DNA of 64,000 nucleotides. It comes from Candidatus Latescibacterota bacterium (GTDB lineage Bacteria > Latescibacterota > UBA2968). Both the position numbers and the translations under genes were made by a program. The stretch spans positions 5,632,001 through 5,696,000 of the forward strand of contig OZ240241.1 in NCBI GenBank assembly GCA_965198115.1. Reading direction: 5' to 3'. This document shows positions 10,896 through 21,513 of this stretch, in pieces. The stretch's first letter is position 1. The number at the start of each line of letters is the position of its first letter. The notes beneath the pieces are model-generated. The model had not been told where the DNA came from and searched no databases. It was given only the letters and a program-made list of their open reading frames with translations.

Positions 10896-12173
10896 ATGCC
10901 CAAAGTTGCCATCCTCAAAACGTCACCCGCGACCGTCCTCGAGGACTATCATCGGCTCCTCAACCTGGCCGACTACCAGACGTCGATCAACAAAGCCATC
11001 GACACCGCCCTGAAGGTCAACATCTCGTGGCACTTCTTCTTTCCAGGGTCCTCCACGACCCCGTGGCAGCTCGACGGTGTCATCCGGGCGATGAAGGAGG
11101 ATGGATACGACCCGTCGCTCATCCACGCCTGCCACAATCGAACCGTCGTGATCGATGCACATCTCGGAGAAAGGGAGAACAAACAGCTCGAGGTGGTCCA
11201 GGCACACGGATTGCGAAACATCCATCTCTACGAGGACGAGGAATGGATTCACATTCGCGACGCCGTGGGATCTCTGTGCGATGAGTTTCTGTGTCTGAAC
11301 GATGTGTATCGGGATGGCTTCTCGATTCCGAAGCGGTTCATCGGCGAGAACATCATCCATCTTCCCACCGTCAAGACACACGTCTTCACAACGACCACGG
11401 GTGCGATGAAGAACGCCTTCGGGGGTTTGCTCAACGAACGTCGGCACTGGACACATCCCGTCATCCACGAAACCCTCGTGGACCTTCTCGCCATCCAGAA
11501 GAAGATCCATCCCGGGATTTTCGCGGTCATGGATGGCACCTTCGCGGGCGACGGTCCTGGTCCCCGATGCATGATCCCCTACGCAAAGGACATCATCCTG
11601 GCGAGCGAGGACCAGGTCGCCATCGATGCCATCTCGGCCAAGCTCATGGGGTTCGACCCGTTGGAGGACCTGAAGTACGTAAGACTCGCCCACGAGCGCG
11701 AATTGGGGTGTGGAGATCCACGCGACATCGAGATCGTCGGCGACATTGAGGCATCTGGGGAGAACTGGGGATTCGTCGGACCGTTCAAGAAGATGACGTT
11801 CGCGTCCAGAATGCAGCACAAGATCTACTGGGGCCCGCTCAAGGCACCCATAGAATGGTCGCTCAAAACCGTCCTGGCCCCCTGGGCCTACGTGGCCAGC
11901 GTCCTCTATCACGACACCTTCTGGTATCCCCTTAAAGCCAAAGCGAAGATGGCCGAAGTCCTCAACAGCAGCTGGGGCAAACTCTTCCGCAACTGGGGCC
12001 AGACCGAGGCCGACGCGCAGGGCTTTCCTCTAGTCGGGGCAGAAGGAGCGGACGTTCATCGAACCGGGTTCGGCGCTTTCATCCAATCTCTTGCCATTCT
12101 GGGAACGTGTCTGGCGGAGGCCCCCGAATTCGTCAAGAAGAAGATCGCCGGATCCAACCTCGCACGAGACTGA
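10896..12173 (+). CDS. DUF362-domain protein
   Basis: LKVNISW, TTPWQLDGVI, LPTVKTH...TGAMKNAFG, DGTFAGDGPGP, DQVAIDA motifs. Confidence 0.85.
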   Translation: MPKVAILKTSPATVLEDYHRLLNLADYQTSINKAIDTALKVNISWHFFFPGSSTTPWQLDGVIRAMKEDGYDPSLIHACHNRTVVIDAHLGERENKQLEVVQAHGLRNIHLYEDEEWIHIRDAVGSLCDEFLCLNDVYRDGFSIPKRFIGENIIHLPTVKTHVFTTTTGAMKNAFGGLLNERRHWTHPVIHETLVDLLAIQKKIHPGIFAVMDGTFAGDGPGPRCMIPYAKDIILASEDQVAIDAISAKLMGFDPLEDLKYVRLAHERELGCGDPRDIEIVGDIEASGENWGFVGPFKKMTFASRMQHKIYWGPLKAPIEWSLKTVLAPWAYVASVLYHDTFWYPLKAKAKMAEVLNSSWGKLFRNWGQTEADAQGFPLVGAEGADVHRTGFGAFIQSLAILGTCLAEAPEFVKKKIAGSNLARD

Positions 12174-12219
12174 TCTGAAACACGGCCTCGGATCGTCCTA
12201 CTCAGCCGACCTGTCGACC

Positions 12220-13152
12220 ATGCTTCCCGCAAAGCTCACCGATTCGCACGGGCCCCCTGTGAAGGGCAATCCCGTTGCTGCACCCGGGGGACCGCATCCC
12301 GCTGTTCGTCGGCTGATCTTCGCCGACGGCACCCGCGTCATCGCGAAACGCTACATCTTTTACGACCAGACAGCGGGACACCCTCACGACCTGCTCGAAA
12401 CGGAAACAGCCGTCACCCGATGTCTGGCCAACGCGGGATGTCCCGTCGCGACAGTCCTTGCCACCGACCCCGAATCTGGCACCGTCTATCTCGAAGATGT
12501 AGCCCACTTGACGCTGGACGATGTCGTCCAATCCGCGCACCCAACCGCCCGTGCCCGGCTCGGCGATCGAGTCATCGAGGACTTTCACTGTCTGCAGCTC
12601 GCCTTCTCGCAGAGTGATGACGAGCTACGTGCGCGTGTCGCGCCCGGGACGGATCAGGAAGCCATACGGGAAAGCTTTCTCGAAGTCTTTTCGAAACTCG
12701 ACGTCGACGCACCTCTCGGTGATGGGCTTTTGGAGTTGGCCCACACGCTCTCTAAGCGTCCCCTCCACCTCGGTCCCACCGACTACAACGCCCGCAACAT
12801 CCTGATCACGGAAACGGGCGAACCCACCTTCATCGACCTGGCCAAAGTCGGATACGACTGGCCCGAGCGCCGTCTCGTACAGTATGCCACGAGTCTCGGC
12901 GCCGGGCGCCCCGGTTCGACCGTCACGTCCCTCCTGGATCCCATCTCACTGCGATACTACACCCCCGCACGATCAGCCAAGGTGCGTCAAAGTCTGGATG
13001 CCCATCACCTCCTCTTCCACACACTCGCCATGCTCAGAGGCATGAGGGTGACTCAACGCGCTTTGACGCTCTCTTTATCGAAGTCGAGGATCGTAGCGGA
13101 TGTGAGGCGGAAGATGGGAAGGATCTGGGAACAGACCAGGGCCGAGACGTAA
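12220..13152 (+). CDS. Aminoglycoside phosphotransferase/choline kinase-like protein
   Basis: VIAK, YLED, DYNARNIL (Brenner-like) and FIDL motifs; ATG at 12220 avoids overlap with DUF362. Confidence 0.65.
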   Translation: MLPAKLTDSHGPPVKGNPVAAPGGPHPAVRRLIFADGTRVIAKRYIFYDQTAGHPHDLLETETAVTRCLANAGCPVATVLATDPESGTVYLEDVAHLTLDDVVQSAHPTARARLGDRVIEDFHCLQLAFSQSDDELRARVAPGTDQEAIRESFLEVFSKLDVDAPLGDGLLELAHTLSKRPLHLGPTDYNARNILITETGEPTFIDLAKVGYDWPERRLVQYATSLGAGRPGSTVTSLLDPISLRYYTPARSAKVRQSLDAHHLLFHTLAMLRGMRVTQRALTLSLSKSRIVADVRRKMGRIWEQTRAET

Positions 13153-13178
13153 AGCGAGGCCGTAAAGGTCAAGGGGTT

Positions 13179-13225
13179 CCGCCCTGAAGGGGCGGCGTAT
13201 CTTGGCCCGGGGCGTCAGCCCCGGG
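13179..13225. repeat. Double-hairpin REP-like element
   Basis: CCGCCCTGAAGGGGCGG and CCCGGGGC-GTCA-GCCCCGGG hairpins between convergent genes. Confidence 0.45.
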
Positions 13226-13350
13226 TCCGGTAGGAAAGACGAAGACATGCGCCGCTGTCGCACAAGCAAGTGAATCACCCAGATCTTCCCAGCGCAGGAT
13301 CACGTATCCGACTTTGCCCGTTACTCAGGGTTGAAGAACTTCCCCCGGAG

Positions 13351-14414
13351 TCATCGCTGCAGCTGTTCGATAAGTGGCCTCAGTCTGTACCGGAAAGCGA
13401 TGAGCGCTCCCACGAGGAATCCGCCAATGTGCGCCATCCAAGCGATACCTTCTCCCCCGGCAAGGGCCATAATTACGTTGTAAGCGACCCAGAACCCGAT
13501 GTACCACAAGACGTCGAGCTTAAACCGAATGAAAAACAAGACCAGGTAGAGCTTGACACGGGAAAACAGCACGATATAAGCGCCCATAAGGCCGGCGACG
13601 GCTCCGGAAGCGCCGATTACGGGTGTCGTCGGATCGGTCTGGAAGACAACCTGCACGATTGAACCGGCGGCGGCAGCAAAGAAACAGATGAATAGAAACC
13701 GCCACTTTCCGAGGATATCTTCGATGTTGTCACCAAAAACATAGAAGAAGTAGGTGTTTCCGAAGATATGCGCGATACCGCCGTGTAAGAAAGCAGATGT
13801 AATGAGCGTCCATAAATGGCTTCCGCCAAGCACTCGGGCGGGCACAAGGCCGAAGACATCGATAAGCCCTTGAGGAGCATCCACCCCGCCCATAAGAGAA
13901 TCGACCAGCTGAGCGGCAAAGACGCCGTAGAGTGTCAAAATCAGCGAGATCGTGATCATGGGGTGCTTGCGCTTCGGGTTCCACACCTCGATCGGCAGCC
14001 CACTGAATAGTTGGAAAAGATAAGTTGGAATACTGGGGAGCTGATCAGATACAAGATCGGTCTCGGTAGTCTGCCCCGCCTTCATTACGATGTCCCGAAG
14101 CTTCCTGCCCTCTTTGGCATCAAGCCACATGCAGAACATTCCTTACAGAGATCGACCTCCACGCTTTGATCCTCGTGCTCAACGGCATACGTGATGAACT
14201 GTGCACGATCTTGGGGACATTTCAGCCCGCTGGGACCCAGTTCATGAGTGACCGATGACTGCTCCCACACCTCGGGCGAAACAACAGCGCCAAAAATCTG
14301 GGTTTCTTCGCCGGGGTCAAGGAAGGTTCCACCACAACGTCGGCAGTGGTCGAGCTCGGTACCGTGATGTGTGACAACATCGAGCGGGAACGTGCATCGA
14401 GGACAAGTGCGCAT
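13351..14414 (-). pseudogene. Zn-ribbon (zf-TFIIB-like) + rhomboid intramembrane protease, frameshifted near 14135
   Basis: CPRC...HCRRCGGTFLDPGE and VDLCKEC-[shift]-MWLDAKEG join into one protein; rhomboid motifs HGGIAHIFGN, GASG, AHIGG. Confidence 0.8.
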
Positions 14415-14708
14415 TATCTGTTTCCTTCAGCCAACTTTACGGTTCAATCGACTTCAGACGACAAGTCGTCGATGCAGCGGGGACCGTCAGCAGCAGGGCG
14501 AGGATGGTAGCATAGGTGCGCATCGCGACCAAGATGCGATGGCGAGGAACGGCGGGCAAGCCCTCCTCCGATCGCTAAGGCGAGCCACGGAAGGGCAGGC
14601 GTGACTGATGGAAGGAAACCCCCATATGGAACATTTGGGGAGCAGCTCTATCGGAGGCTTAGGCGACTGAGGCTTTCAATCGAAGGAAAGAACCGAACGA
14701 TTTTTTTC

Positions 14709-16128
14709 GGCTATATCCGGATCTCTCAACGAGATGAAGTGGGTGAAGGTGCCGTGGTTCCTGGCATGGGGGCGCGGTTAGAGTGTGCGGAACCTCTTCG
14801 GAATCTGCTCAGGGATGTTTATGTCTCCGACGGTAAGGAAGATCATATCGTTGAATGCGTCGAGTGTGCGGAATCCGCTGGCTCGGTTCTTGACGATTTG
14901 GACGATTCGGTTGAGGCCTTCGGCGATGGCGTTGGTAAGACGCGTGTTCACGAATGCGAGGACGCCGAAGAAGTGCTGTCGCAGGGTCCTGACGAACTTT
15001 CGCAGGGGTTCAAGTCGACTTCTGAGTGCGGACGTCGTCCAGCATTTCAGGAAGCGTTCGGCAGCCCAGGGCGCTTTGTATTCCCAGAACTGCTCGAACT
15101 CGTCCTTGAGTCTCCAGGCTCTATAGATTCGGTAGTTCGCCTTCTCCAGTGCTTTGAGTGTCCGAGTATCCCCTCTGGAGCGTGTCGCTGAGTGCCGGTA
15201 GAGGAGCCATCGGAGGCCCTTCATGGCTTTGCGCTCATCCGGGGCAGCTTTACGCCACTGGTCCTTACGGACCTCGTCAACGGCGACATTGAGAGCCTTG
15301 ACGATGTGAAAGCGATCGAGGACCAGCTTGGCATTCGGACAGTGTTCCTGGATGGCTCCGATGTAAGCTTCGCTCATGTCGCAGCAGGCCCACTCGATCT
15401 TGGATCTCCGGTAGGGACTGAGAGCCTCTGTGAAGAACCGATCGATCGTTTTACGCGCCCTACCGCGGCCAACCCACACCACGCAGGAGCGGTCCAGATC
15501 GTAAACGAGCGTGGCGTACCTGTGACGCTTGGCGTAGGAGATCTCGTCGATCCCGATGGTTTTGAGCCCTCGGATACGATGACCTTCACGAAGCCGCGTG
15601 ATGGATCGGTGAAGGAGATCCGACAGCGTCGAGGCAGAGATGCGCAGCAACTCGGACGCCGCCTTCTGCGTCATGGTCTGGCAGTAGCGCAGCATGGCAT
15701 ACTCGAAGCGATACGTCACCCGAGAGAACCGCTCCGCCCACGGAATCTCCTCGACCACACGACCGTGGGTAGGACACCGAATCTCCCGAGGATGGTAGAG
15801 AAGCCAGACCCTCCACCCGCACACCGGAATGTCACGCCACCGACGCGGATGGGGCATTGTGCGGACGATTTTACCTCGACGGCCGCACTCCGGACAACAA
15901 CAACCATTCTTATGTGGCTTTACGGCGATGACGAAACAGCTTCTCCCCTCAAACCACCAGCTGACAACACGGAACCCCTTGAATCTCAGCAGTTTCGATA
16001 GTAATCTGCTCCCGGTCATAGGTCGCACCCCCTTCGCTTTGATTGTCCTACACACACAACCAAGCGTAGGGAACGATCTATGACCTTGTCATTCTATAGT
16101 TTCACCGTTGAGAAACCCGGATAGAGCC
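14709..16128 (-). mobile_element. ISL3-family insertion sequence
   Basis: Imperfect IRs GGCTATATCCGGATCTCTCAACG / GGCTCTATCCGGGTTTCTCAACG; flanks show no matching target duplication. Confidence 0.9.
14778..16019 (-). CDS. ISL3-family transposase
   Basis: CPECG...CPTHG zinc finger, IGIDE, CCDM, LDRFHIV, TNAIAEGLN. Confidence 0.92.
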   Translation of the reverse strand: MTGSRLLSKLLRFKGFRVVSWWFEGRSCFVIAVKPHKNGCCCPECGRRGKIVRTMPHPRRWRDIPVCGWRVWLLYHPREIRCPTHGRVVEEIPWAERFSRVTYRFEYAMLRYCQTMTQKAASELLRISASTLSDLLHRSITRLREGHRIRGLKTIGIDEISYAKRHRYATLVYDLDRSCVVWVGRGRARKTIDRFFTEALSPYRRSKIEWACCDMSEAYIGAIQEHCPNAKLVLDRFHIVKALNVAVDEVRKDQWRKAAPDERKAMKGLRWLLYRHSATRSRGDTRTLKALEKANYRIYRAWRLKDEFEQFWEYKAPWAAERFLKCWTTSALRSRLEPLRKFVRTLRQHFFGVLAFVNTRLTNAIAEGLNRIVQIVKNRASGFRTLDAFNDMIFLTVGDINIPEQIPKRFRTL

Positions 16129-16178
16129 AAAAAACAGCGTGCCGTGTCGAGAGCAGTCACGGATGTTCGGATGAAACT

Positions 16179-16925
16179 CGCTCCTCATCCAGGATGAGGT
16201 CGCACGACGCGAGAACAAGAAGTTCACCAGGCGGCTGCGACGGGCTGGCTTCCGCGGTGAAAAGACGATCGAGGGCTTCGACTTCGACTTCAACCTCGGC
16301 ATCAACCAAGACCAGATCCAGGACCTCGCCACCTGCCGCTTTATTGAAGAAAAGGTCGCCATCCTCATCGCCGGACCCTGTGGCACCGGAAAGAGCCACA
16401 TCGCTCAGGCGCTCGGACATATCGCCGTCCGAAACGGCTACGACGTCCTCTTCACCACGCAGACCAAACTCCTGGGACAGCTTCACGCGGCAAGAGCTAC
16501 GGCCACCTTCGAGCGCCGCTTCCAGACCTTCGCCAAAGCGCCCTTGCTCATCATCGATGACTTCGGACTCAAACCGATGGCACCTCCGCACGACGAAGAC
16601 TTCCACGACCTCGTCTCAGAGCGCTACGAGCGCACGGCCACCATCGTGACCAGCAACCTCGACTTCACCGAATGGGGAGACGCTTTTCCCAACAGGCTCC
16701 TCGGCGCGGCTACCCTCGACCGACTCCGGCACGCCGCATACCGTGTCATACTCGACGGAGAAAGCTACCGCACGCCAAAACCACTACCCAAAACACCCAA
16801 AAAGACGCTTGGAAAGGAGGATCGAAAACCCTAAATACACACCCCGTCCGAGACCCTGAAATCGCCACTTCTAAGGGGCTCCATTAGGCCGATCATGACT
16901 GGCCTCATTAGGGCGATCATTGACA
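16179..16925 (+). mobile_element. istB: IS21-family remnant: 5'-truncated istB plus right end
   Basis: Open frame LLIQDEVARR...GPCGTGKSH...LLIIDDFG...LDRLRH to 16834; right end has repeated CATTAGGSCGATCAT motifs and ends TGACA at 16925; no istA. Confidence 0.85.
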
Positions 16926-17959
16926 AAGATGAAGTTGTAGAGCGTGCGCTCGTTCTGTGCTACCCGGGCGGACAGTCGGGGGAGCAGATGGAGAGTTACC
17001 GGTTCCAGCGGATAGGCGTCGGACAGAAGGTCCTCGGTCTCGCCCAAGTTGAAGTCAGCAAACAGGCCGTGGTCGGCGCACACTCGGGCCGCGCGTTTGA
17101 GTAGAGCCTTGGACGGCGGCTTTGGTCGATCGGGTCGAGCTGCAACCGCCTCTGCTATCAGGCGGTAGATCTCCTTACTGTCGTCGATGTACTGAATCGC
17201 CTTGAAGCGTCCCTCGATCTTTCGCCACTCCGCCCGGACGGACTGCGGTACGTTCCCCGCGTACTGGAGCAGCTCCTGGTGGAGCAGGAGGCCGAGGGTG
17301 ATGGGAATGACCTTCGTGCGTGCGGTGAACTCGGCCAGTACCTGGATATCGAGAAGCGACGACGCCCGACCCTCGGTCACAAGGGACTCCACGTGGCGGC
17401 CGAACTCGTCCCAAACGACCGCGATGTGGTCACAACCAGCCCTGACCGCCTTCTCTTTAAGCGTGGTCAGGAACCCGACCGTGTCGTCGACAGAGCGAGT
17501 AGGGAAGTCCTGCAACCCCTTAGCCTCCCGTCCGAGCTTGACGCGCTCCATCGCGGCCAGCCCAGCCTGCTTGATCGCGAAGGGGACGTCCTCGATGTAG
17601 CCGTGGAGCACCAGGACCAGCCGCTTCTGCTTCCTAGACCTTCGTCGTCTCTCTGCGTAGCGCGCAAGCTCTGAATGCACGGGCTTCAGTCGTTTCTCGA
17701 TCGTGCGAAGCGTGTCTTCCGCGTCCCCACGGTTCTCCAGGAGCTGCAGCAGATAGGTCGCGGTTATCGACTTGCCCGTGCCGTAGGGGGCGACCACGAA
17801 GAACGACCGATCGCCCGTCTCGCCCAGAAGGCATCGGAGGAGGGTGATGCACTTTGCCGTGGGTCGGAAATGGGCGATCCGCTCCGGGTGCTCCGCGTCG
17901 TACCGGATGTTGATGGACCTTAGGAAGGATTCCACGTTGACGAATTCGCTACGCGGCAT
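16926..17959 (-). pseudogene. SspC-like P-loop ATPase, 3'-truncated by IS21 end
   Basis: FLRSINIRYD N-terminus, APYGTGKS Walker A, VVWDEFGR Walker B, EWRKIEGRF, YPLEP, QNERTLY; overlaps the DUF4007 gene stop. Confidence 0.7.
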
Positions 17960-18385
17960 TCCGGCTCTCCCGGTCGATTCGGTCGTAGTAAAAAGTGAGC
18001 CAATCCAGCGGGACACGTCTTCGCACACGGACCGTCCGGTTGCCAGCCAGTCCTCCGATCTGGATCTGTCTTTCTCCGAGTTCGGCCTCCGCACTGGATA
18101 CGGTTTCGAACAGCGATTCCGGCGTCATCAGGAACGCCCGAGCGGGGCCTCCCGCAAGACGGGCGGCGTCGACGATCGGCAGCGTCAGGAAGTCGCTGTC
18201 AGACTCGCCCACACCACTTGCTGTGGAGATGGCATAGGCCACGATCTCGGCCGGCACGGACTTCGGCCCTTGATTGACTTGATAGTAACCCGAGGCGCGG
18301 AAGTAGCCCATCAGTCCCAGTTCTCTAAACGGGCATTCGATGGCGTCTTCAGGATCCACTGCTTCTACCGGGATCGCCGCCACCT
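17949..18385 (-). pseudogene. DUF4007 (SspB-like) C-terminal fragment
   Basis: PEDAIECPFRELGL...IVAYAI...GPARAFLM...GLAG motif pattern; N-terminus replaced by unrelated sequence. Confidence 0.65.
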
Positions 18386-18624
18386 CCTCGGCTGACCATT
18401 CCTTCAGCTCAGTCCTGGCGATCCGGGCTCTGATATACGCCTCGCCCATCCACCGTCGCACCCGACTCGCGTAACACATCTTGTCTTGGGGGGTATTGAC
18501 CACACTCCGATTGCCGTTACCAGTCGTCCTATTTCTTCGTAAATAATTGTCGTGCAGTGAATTATGAGATTCATGTAGCTGGCATCAGGACTGGATAAGC
18601 AAGGTGGAGCAGATGGCAAAGTCA

Positions 18625-19248
18625 TGACCTCCGGCAAAGCCGGAGGCTTGAAAACTTGTGAACCGCTCAAAGCGGTTGGAAACCAAGCGCCACCTAAAGG
18701 TGGCGATTACCTGAAAATGTTGAGCTGGTCGAGACGCCGGTCCTCCCGCTCCTGGTTCTGGATATACTCCCGAACCGTCTGTTCATCCTTGCCAACGGTG
18801 GAGACCCAGTAGCCTCTTGCCCAGAAATGCTGCCCGGTGAAGTTCGACCTGCGTCCCAGATAGTTCCGAGCAATGTGAATCGCACTCTTTCCTTTGATGA
18901 ACCCTACCGTCTGAGCTACTGAGTGCTTCGGCGGGATCGAAATCAGCGTGTGCACATGGTCGGATCGCAGGTGACCCTCTTCCACACGGCATTCCTTCTG
19001 TGCGGCCAGATCCCGAATCACCTCGCCCAGATAGCGACGAATTTCACCATACAACACTTTTCTACGATACTTCCGAACCCAAACAACGTCATACTTGCAC
19101 TCCCAAACCGTGTGACGTAGACTCCTTACGTTGTTCATTAGAGAGCCTTCCTTCCGTGTGCTTTGAGCGGTCCACGGCAAGGGAGGCTCTTACATATTTC
19201 TGGAACTGTCAAACTCTGGGAGTCTCCCCGGCAGAGCCGGGGGCTTAC
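18625..19248 (-). mobile_element. IS200/IS605-family element (tnpA only)
   Basis: Subterminal hairpins CCTCCGGCAAAGCCGGAGG (18628-18646) and CCCCGGCAGAGCCGGGG (19226-19242) flank tnpA; exact ends approximate. Confidence 0.85.
18707..19138 (-). CDS. tnpA: Y1 (HUH) transposase TnpA
   Basis: KYRRK, DHVH, KGKS, FWARGY, YIQNQ. Confidence 0.92.
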   Translation of the reverse strand: MNNVRSLRHTVWECKYDVVWVRKYRRKVLYGEIRRYLGEVIRDLAAQKECRVEEGHLRSDHVHTLISIPPKHSVAQTVGFIKGKSAIHIARNYLGRRSNFTGQHFWARGYWVSTVGKDEQTVREYIQNQEREDRRLDQLNIFR

Positions 19249-19421
19249 CAAGGTTTAGTTATTTTGTCTCCTGCTGAGGGAAGAAACTCGTGAGAGGATA
19301 GCTGCTAGTACTGGTTCAAGTCGATCTTGAAGGCTTCCAAGTCGTCAAGCACTGACGTCAGTGCATCGATACGGATGTGCTTCACCGGCCTGTCCTTTCC
19401 CTTGTCTGGGGCGCAAAAGCC

Positions 19422-19568
19422 ATGCAGCGTAAACAAGGCGGGTTGGTTCCCATGGGGGAGGTCATCGGGGGGTTGAGCGGGCCAGTCCAGACGCTCCGCG
19501 AAGCCTCGCCCCAGGCGTTGCACCACTTCACCCAAGCCGATCAGGTGAACCAGCTTGTCTCGGCCAGC
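19422..19568 (+). pseudogene. repA: Plasmid replication protein RepA (IncW-like), N-terminal fragment
   Basis: GLVPMGEVIGGL...QALHHFTQADQVNQLVSAS, then breaks off. Confidence 0.5.
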
Positions 19569-19728
19569 TCAATGAGCTATGAACTTCAACGATGTCGCCT
19601 TCCTTTAGACCGAGATTACGAACGCCCGCTTCAATGTCGGATCAATTCCATAGGTTGAGCGTCAACTAGGGGTCGGGGTCTTTGCGCGCTCTGTCTCTAG
19701 GACTAGTGTGTGCATCCTGAGACATGGC

Positions 19729-19798
19729 CTATAACCGCGAACCTGCGAAGGTTGGGCCGAGGCCCGTAGGGCGGAGCCGCAGCCCGGCGCTGTTAACT
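19729..19798. repeat. attC-like site downstream of aac(3)-like gene
   Basis: CTATAAC...GTTAACT, 70 bp, internal palindromes; shares a CGAACCTGCGAAG core with 61076-61150. Confidence 0.55.
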
Positions 19799-19840
19799 GC
19801 CCGTGCAGGTTCTCTCCTTGTCGAGATTACTCGATGTAGA

Positions 19841-20668
19841 CTACTTCGGCTTCCGATTCTCTTCCATCCAGTTCGCAGCGAAGTCAACAAGAGCCCGTTG
19901 GGGTAACAGTTGTGCTTCCACAGATGCCACCAGGCCGGTCAAAACGAGAGAGGGCTCTTGCTTCGCGAACGCCTCTCCGATGTCCTTGAAATCCCCTTCA
20001 TCTATCTTGATGTCCTCGAACTCCCGCCATTCCCGACGGTCCTCATGCATCACAGGCGCACCCCGAGTGGCGACAGATTTTCCATCGTAATTAGCGCGGT
20101 ACTCCGCCAAATGAAGTGACGTGTTGGAGTCGTGGCCAACCCCGAGCAGCAGAATCCAACCGTCCAGATCGTAAATCCGTCCCAGCGGCGAGTTGTCTCC
20201 CAGTCCGTAGCTGAGGGAATGCTCTTGTGTGATCAAGCCCTTCTTAGCACCCCAAGCTGCGAAGGAGAGCTCTGGATGGTAACTCCTCACGGTCGCCCTT
20301 TGCTTCCGGAAAGACTCAGGAATGACCCCCATCGACCTGGTTGGGGTCAGGTCTGTATCAAACGCGGGCATGGTCTGCCTGATTGAGTCCCACCAATGTT
20401 TGGGGACAGGCGGATTCTGCCATTCTGAAGGATCAGATAGATCGCCAGAGTGTGTAGGCATTACAAGCGTTCCGGAGGGCTCAAGCACCTTCTCAAGGGC
20501 CAGAATCACAGCTACCGGCCCGCCGCAAACCCATCCGAGCGAGCTAAGTGATGAATGAACGAGAAGTGTCATTCCACGTTTGACATCAAGTGCTCTCAGA
20601 TCGGACTCCAGGGAGGAAGCTGTCACTGGACCTTCCTTGGCCCTCTGAACAGCATCAGCCTCGCTCAT
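19841..20668 (-). CDS. AAC(3)/YokD-family N-acetyltransferase
   Basis: LLVHSSLSSLGWVCGG, GTLVMPT, MGVIPE, RSYHP, SPLGRIYDLDG, LLLGVGHDSNTSLHLAE; GGAGG RBS upstream. Confidence 0.92.
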   Translation of the reverse strand: MSEADAVQRAKEGPVTASSLESDLRALDVKRGMTLLVHSSLSSLGWVCGGPVAVILALEKVLEPSGTLVMPTHSGDLSDPSEWQNPPVPKHWWDSIRQTMPAFDTDLTPTRSMGVIPESFRKQRATVRSYHPELSFAAWGAKKGLITQEHSLSYGLGDNSPLGRIYDLDGWILLLGVGHDSNTSLHLAEYRANYDGKSVATRGAPVMHEDRREWREFEDIKIDEGDFKDIGEAFAKQEPSLVLTGLVASVEAQLLPQRALVDFAANWMEENRKPK

Positions 20669-20726
20669 CTGTTGGTCCCTCCACCGATTCAAGTTTGGGG
20701 AAAGTGTACACCTCGACCTGCATGGC

Positions 20727-20808
20727 AGTTAACGGTTCGCGCACCCACGAACTTGCCGCAGGCGAGTTGGGTCGAAGGCCATCAGGCCTGAGCCGTGAGT
20801 GCTGCTGT
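20727..20808. repeat. attC-like site upstream of aac(3)-like gene (right end degenerate)
   Basis: AGTTAACGGTT..., stem GCACCCACG/CGTGAGTGC, core similar to the other attC-like sites. Confidence 0.5.
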
Positions 20809-20825
20809 CGTAAGGTATTGACGTA

Positions 20826-21017
20826 ATGCAAGAGCGGGAGGTGTTTGTATCCCTTCACGCCGAGTTGGTTGCCGACGCCGCGGTAGCCGGCGACCGGGGT
20901 CTCGCTTTGCAAGCGTTAATGGTCGACGAGATGGCTATTCTACCGAAGAAAGCCGAAACGATGCTTGAGGAATTGCTCCTCGCATCCAGAGATCTTCTAC
21001 CCCAATTTTTTCAGTAG
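20826..21017 (+). pseudogene. Family 4 glycoside hydrolase C-terminal fragment
   Basis: ELVADAAVAGDRGLALQALMVD...MLEELLLASRDLLPQF. Confidence 0.65.
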
Positions 21018-21112
21018 CGAACGCCAGTCGGCCCCGGCGAGCAACACTTTGCTCATCGTCACCGATCACCGATCTTGCGGGGCCAACGTTTGAACACGAT
21101 GGAGCTCTCGAG

Positions 21113-21513
21113 ATGACTTCACTCCAAAGACATTGGGACACCCATTCGGTATTCCACCGGTGTACGGGAAAAGACGTGATCGTCACCGAAAAGGGCGTCG
21201 TTCTGCGTCGGGGTCAGACCATCGCGGACGAGATCGGCAACTGCAACGTTCGTGACCAGGAACGCGTCGCTGGTCTCCGCGAGGCTCGAAAAGAATTCGC
21301 CATCCGGGAATTCGACACAGACCGAGCCACACTCTGCCCCTACCTGGACTGCGATCGGGACGATGGCGAACTCGACATTGTCGTCAACGGTCACCCCATT
21401 CGCCTAAAGTGGCGTGGAGACCGACCCTATTGGGAGGACCGATGGACTCCCGTCGAGATTCCCGTCGAACATCTTCGCGCGGGAACGAACGAATTTGTGT
21501 TTCAAGCTGTTGG
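21113..21513 (+). pseudogene. Hypothetical protein, truncated by an istB fragment
   Basis: Plausible coding sequence with RBS that runs into the inverted istB fragment at about 21514. Confidence 0.45.

Noticed and set aside
18625-19248. TnpB/IscB RNA-guided system
   Set aside because: Only tnpA lies between the hairpins; there is no room for a nuclease gene.
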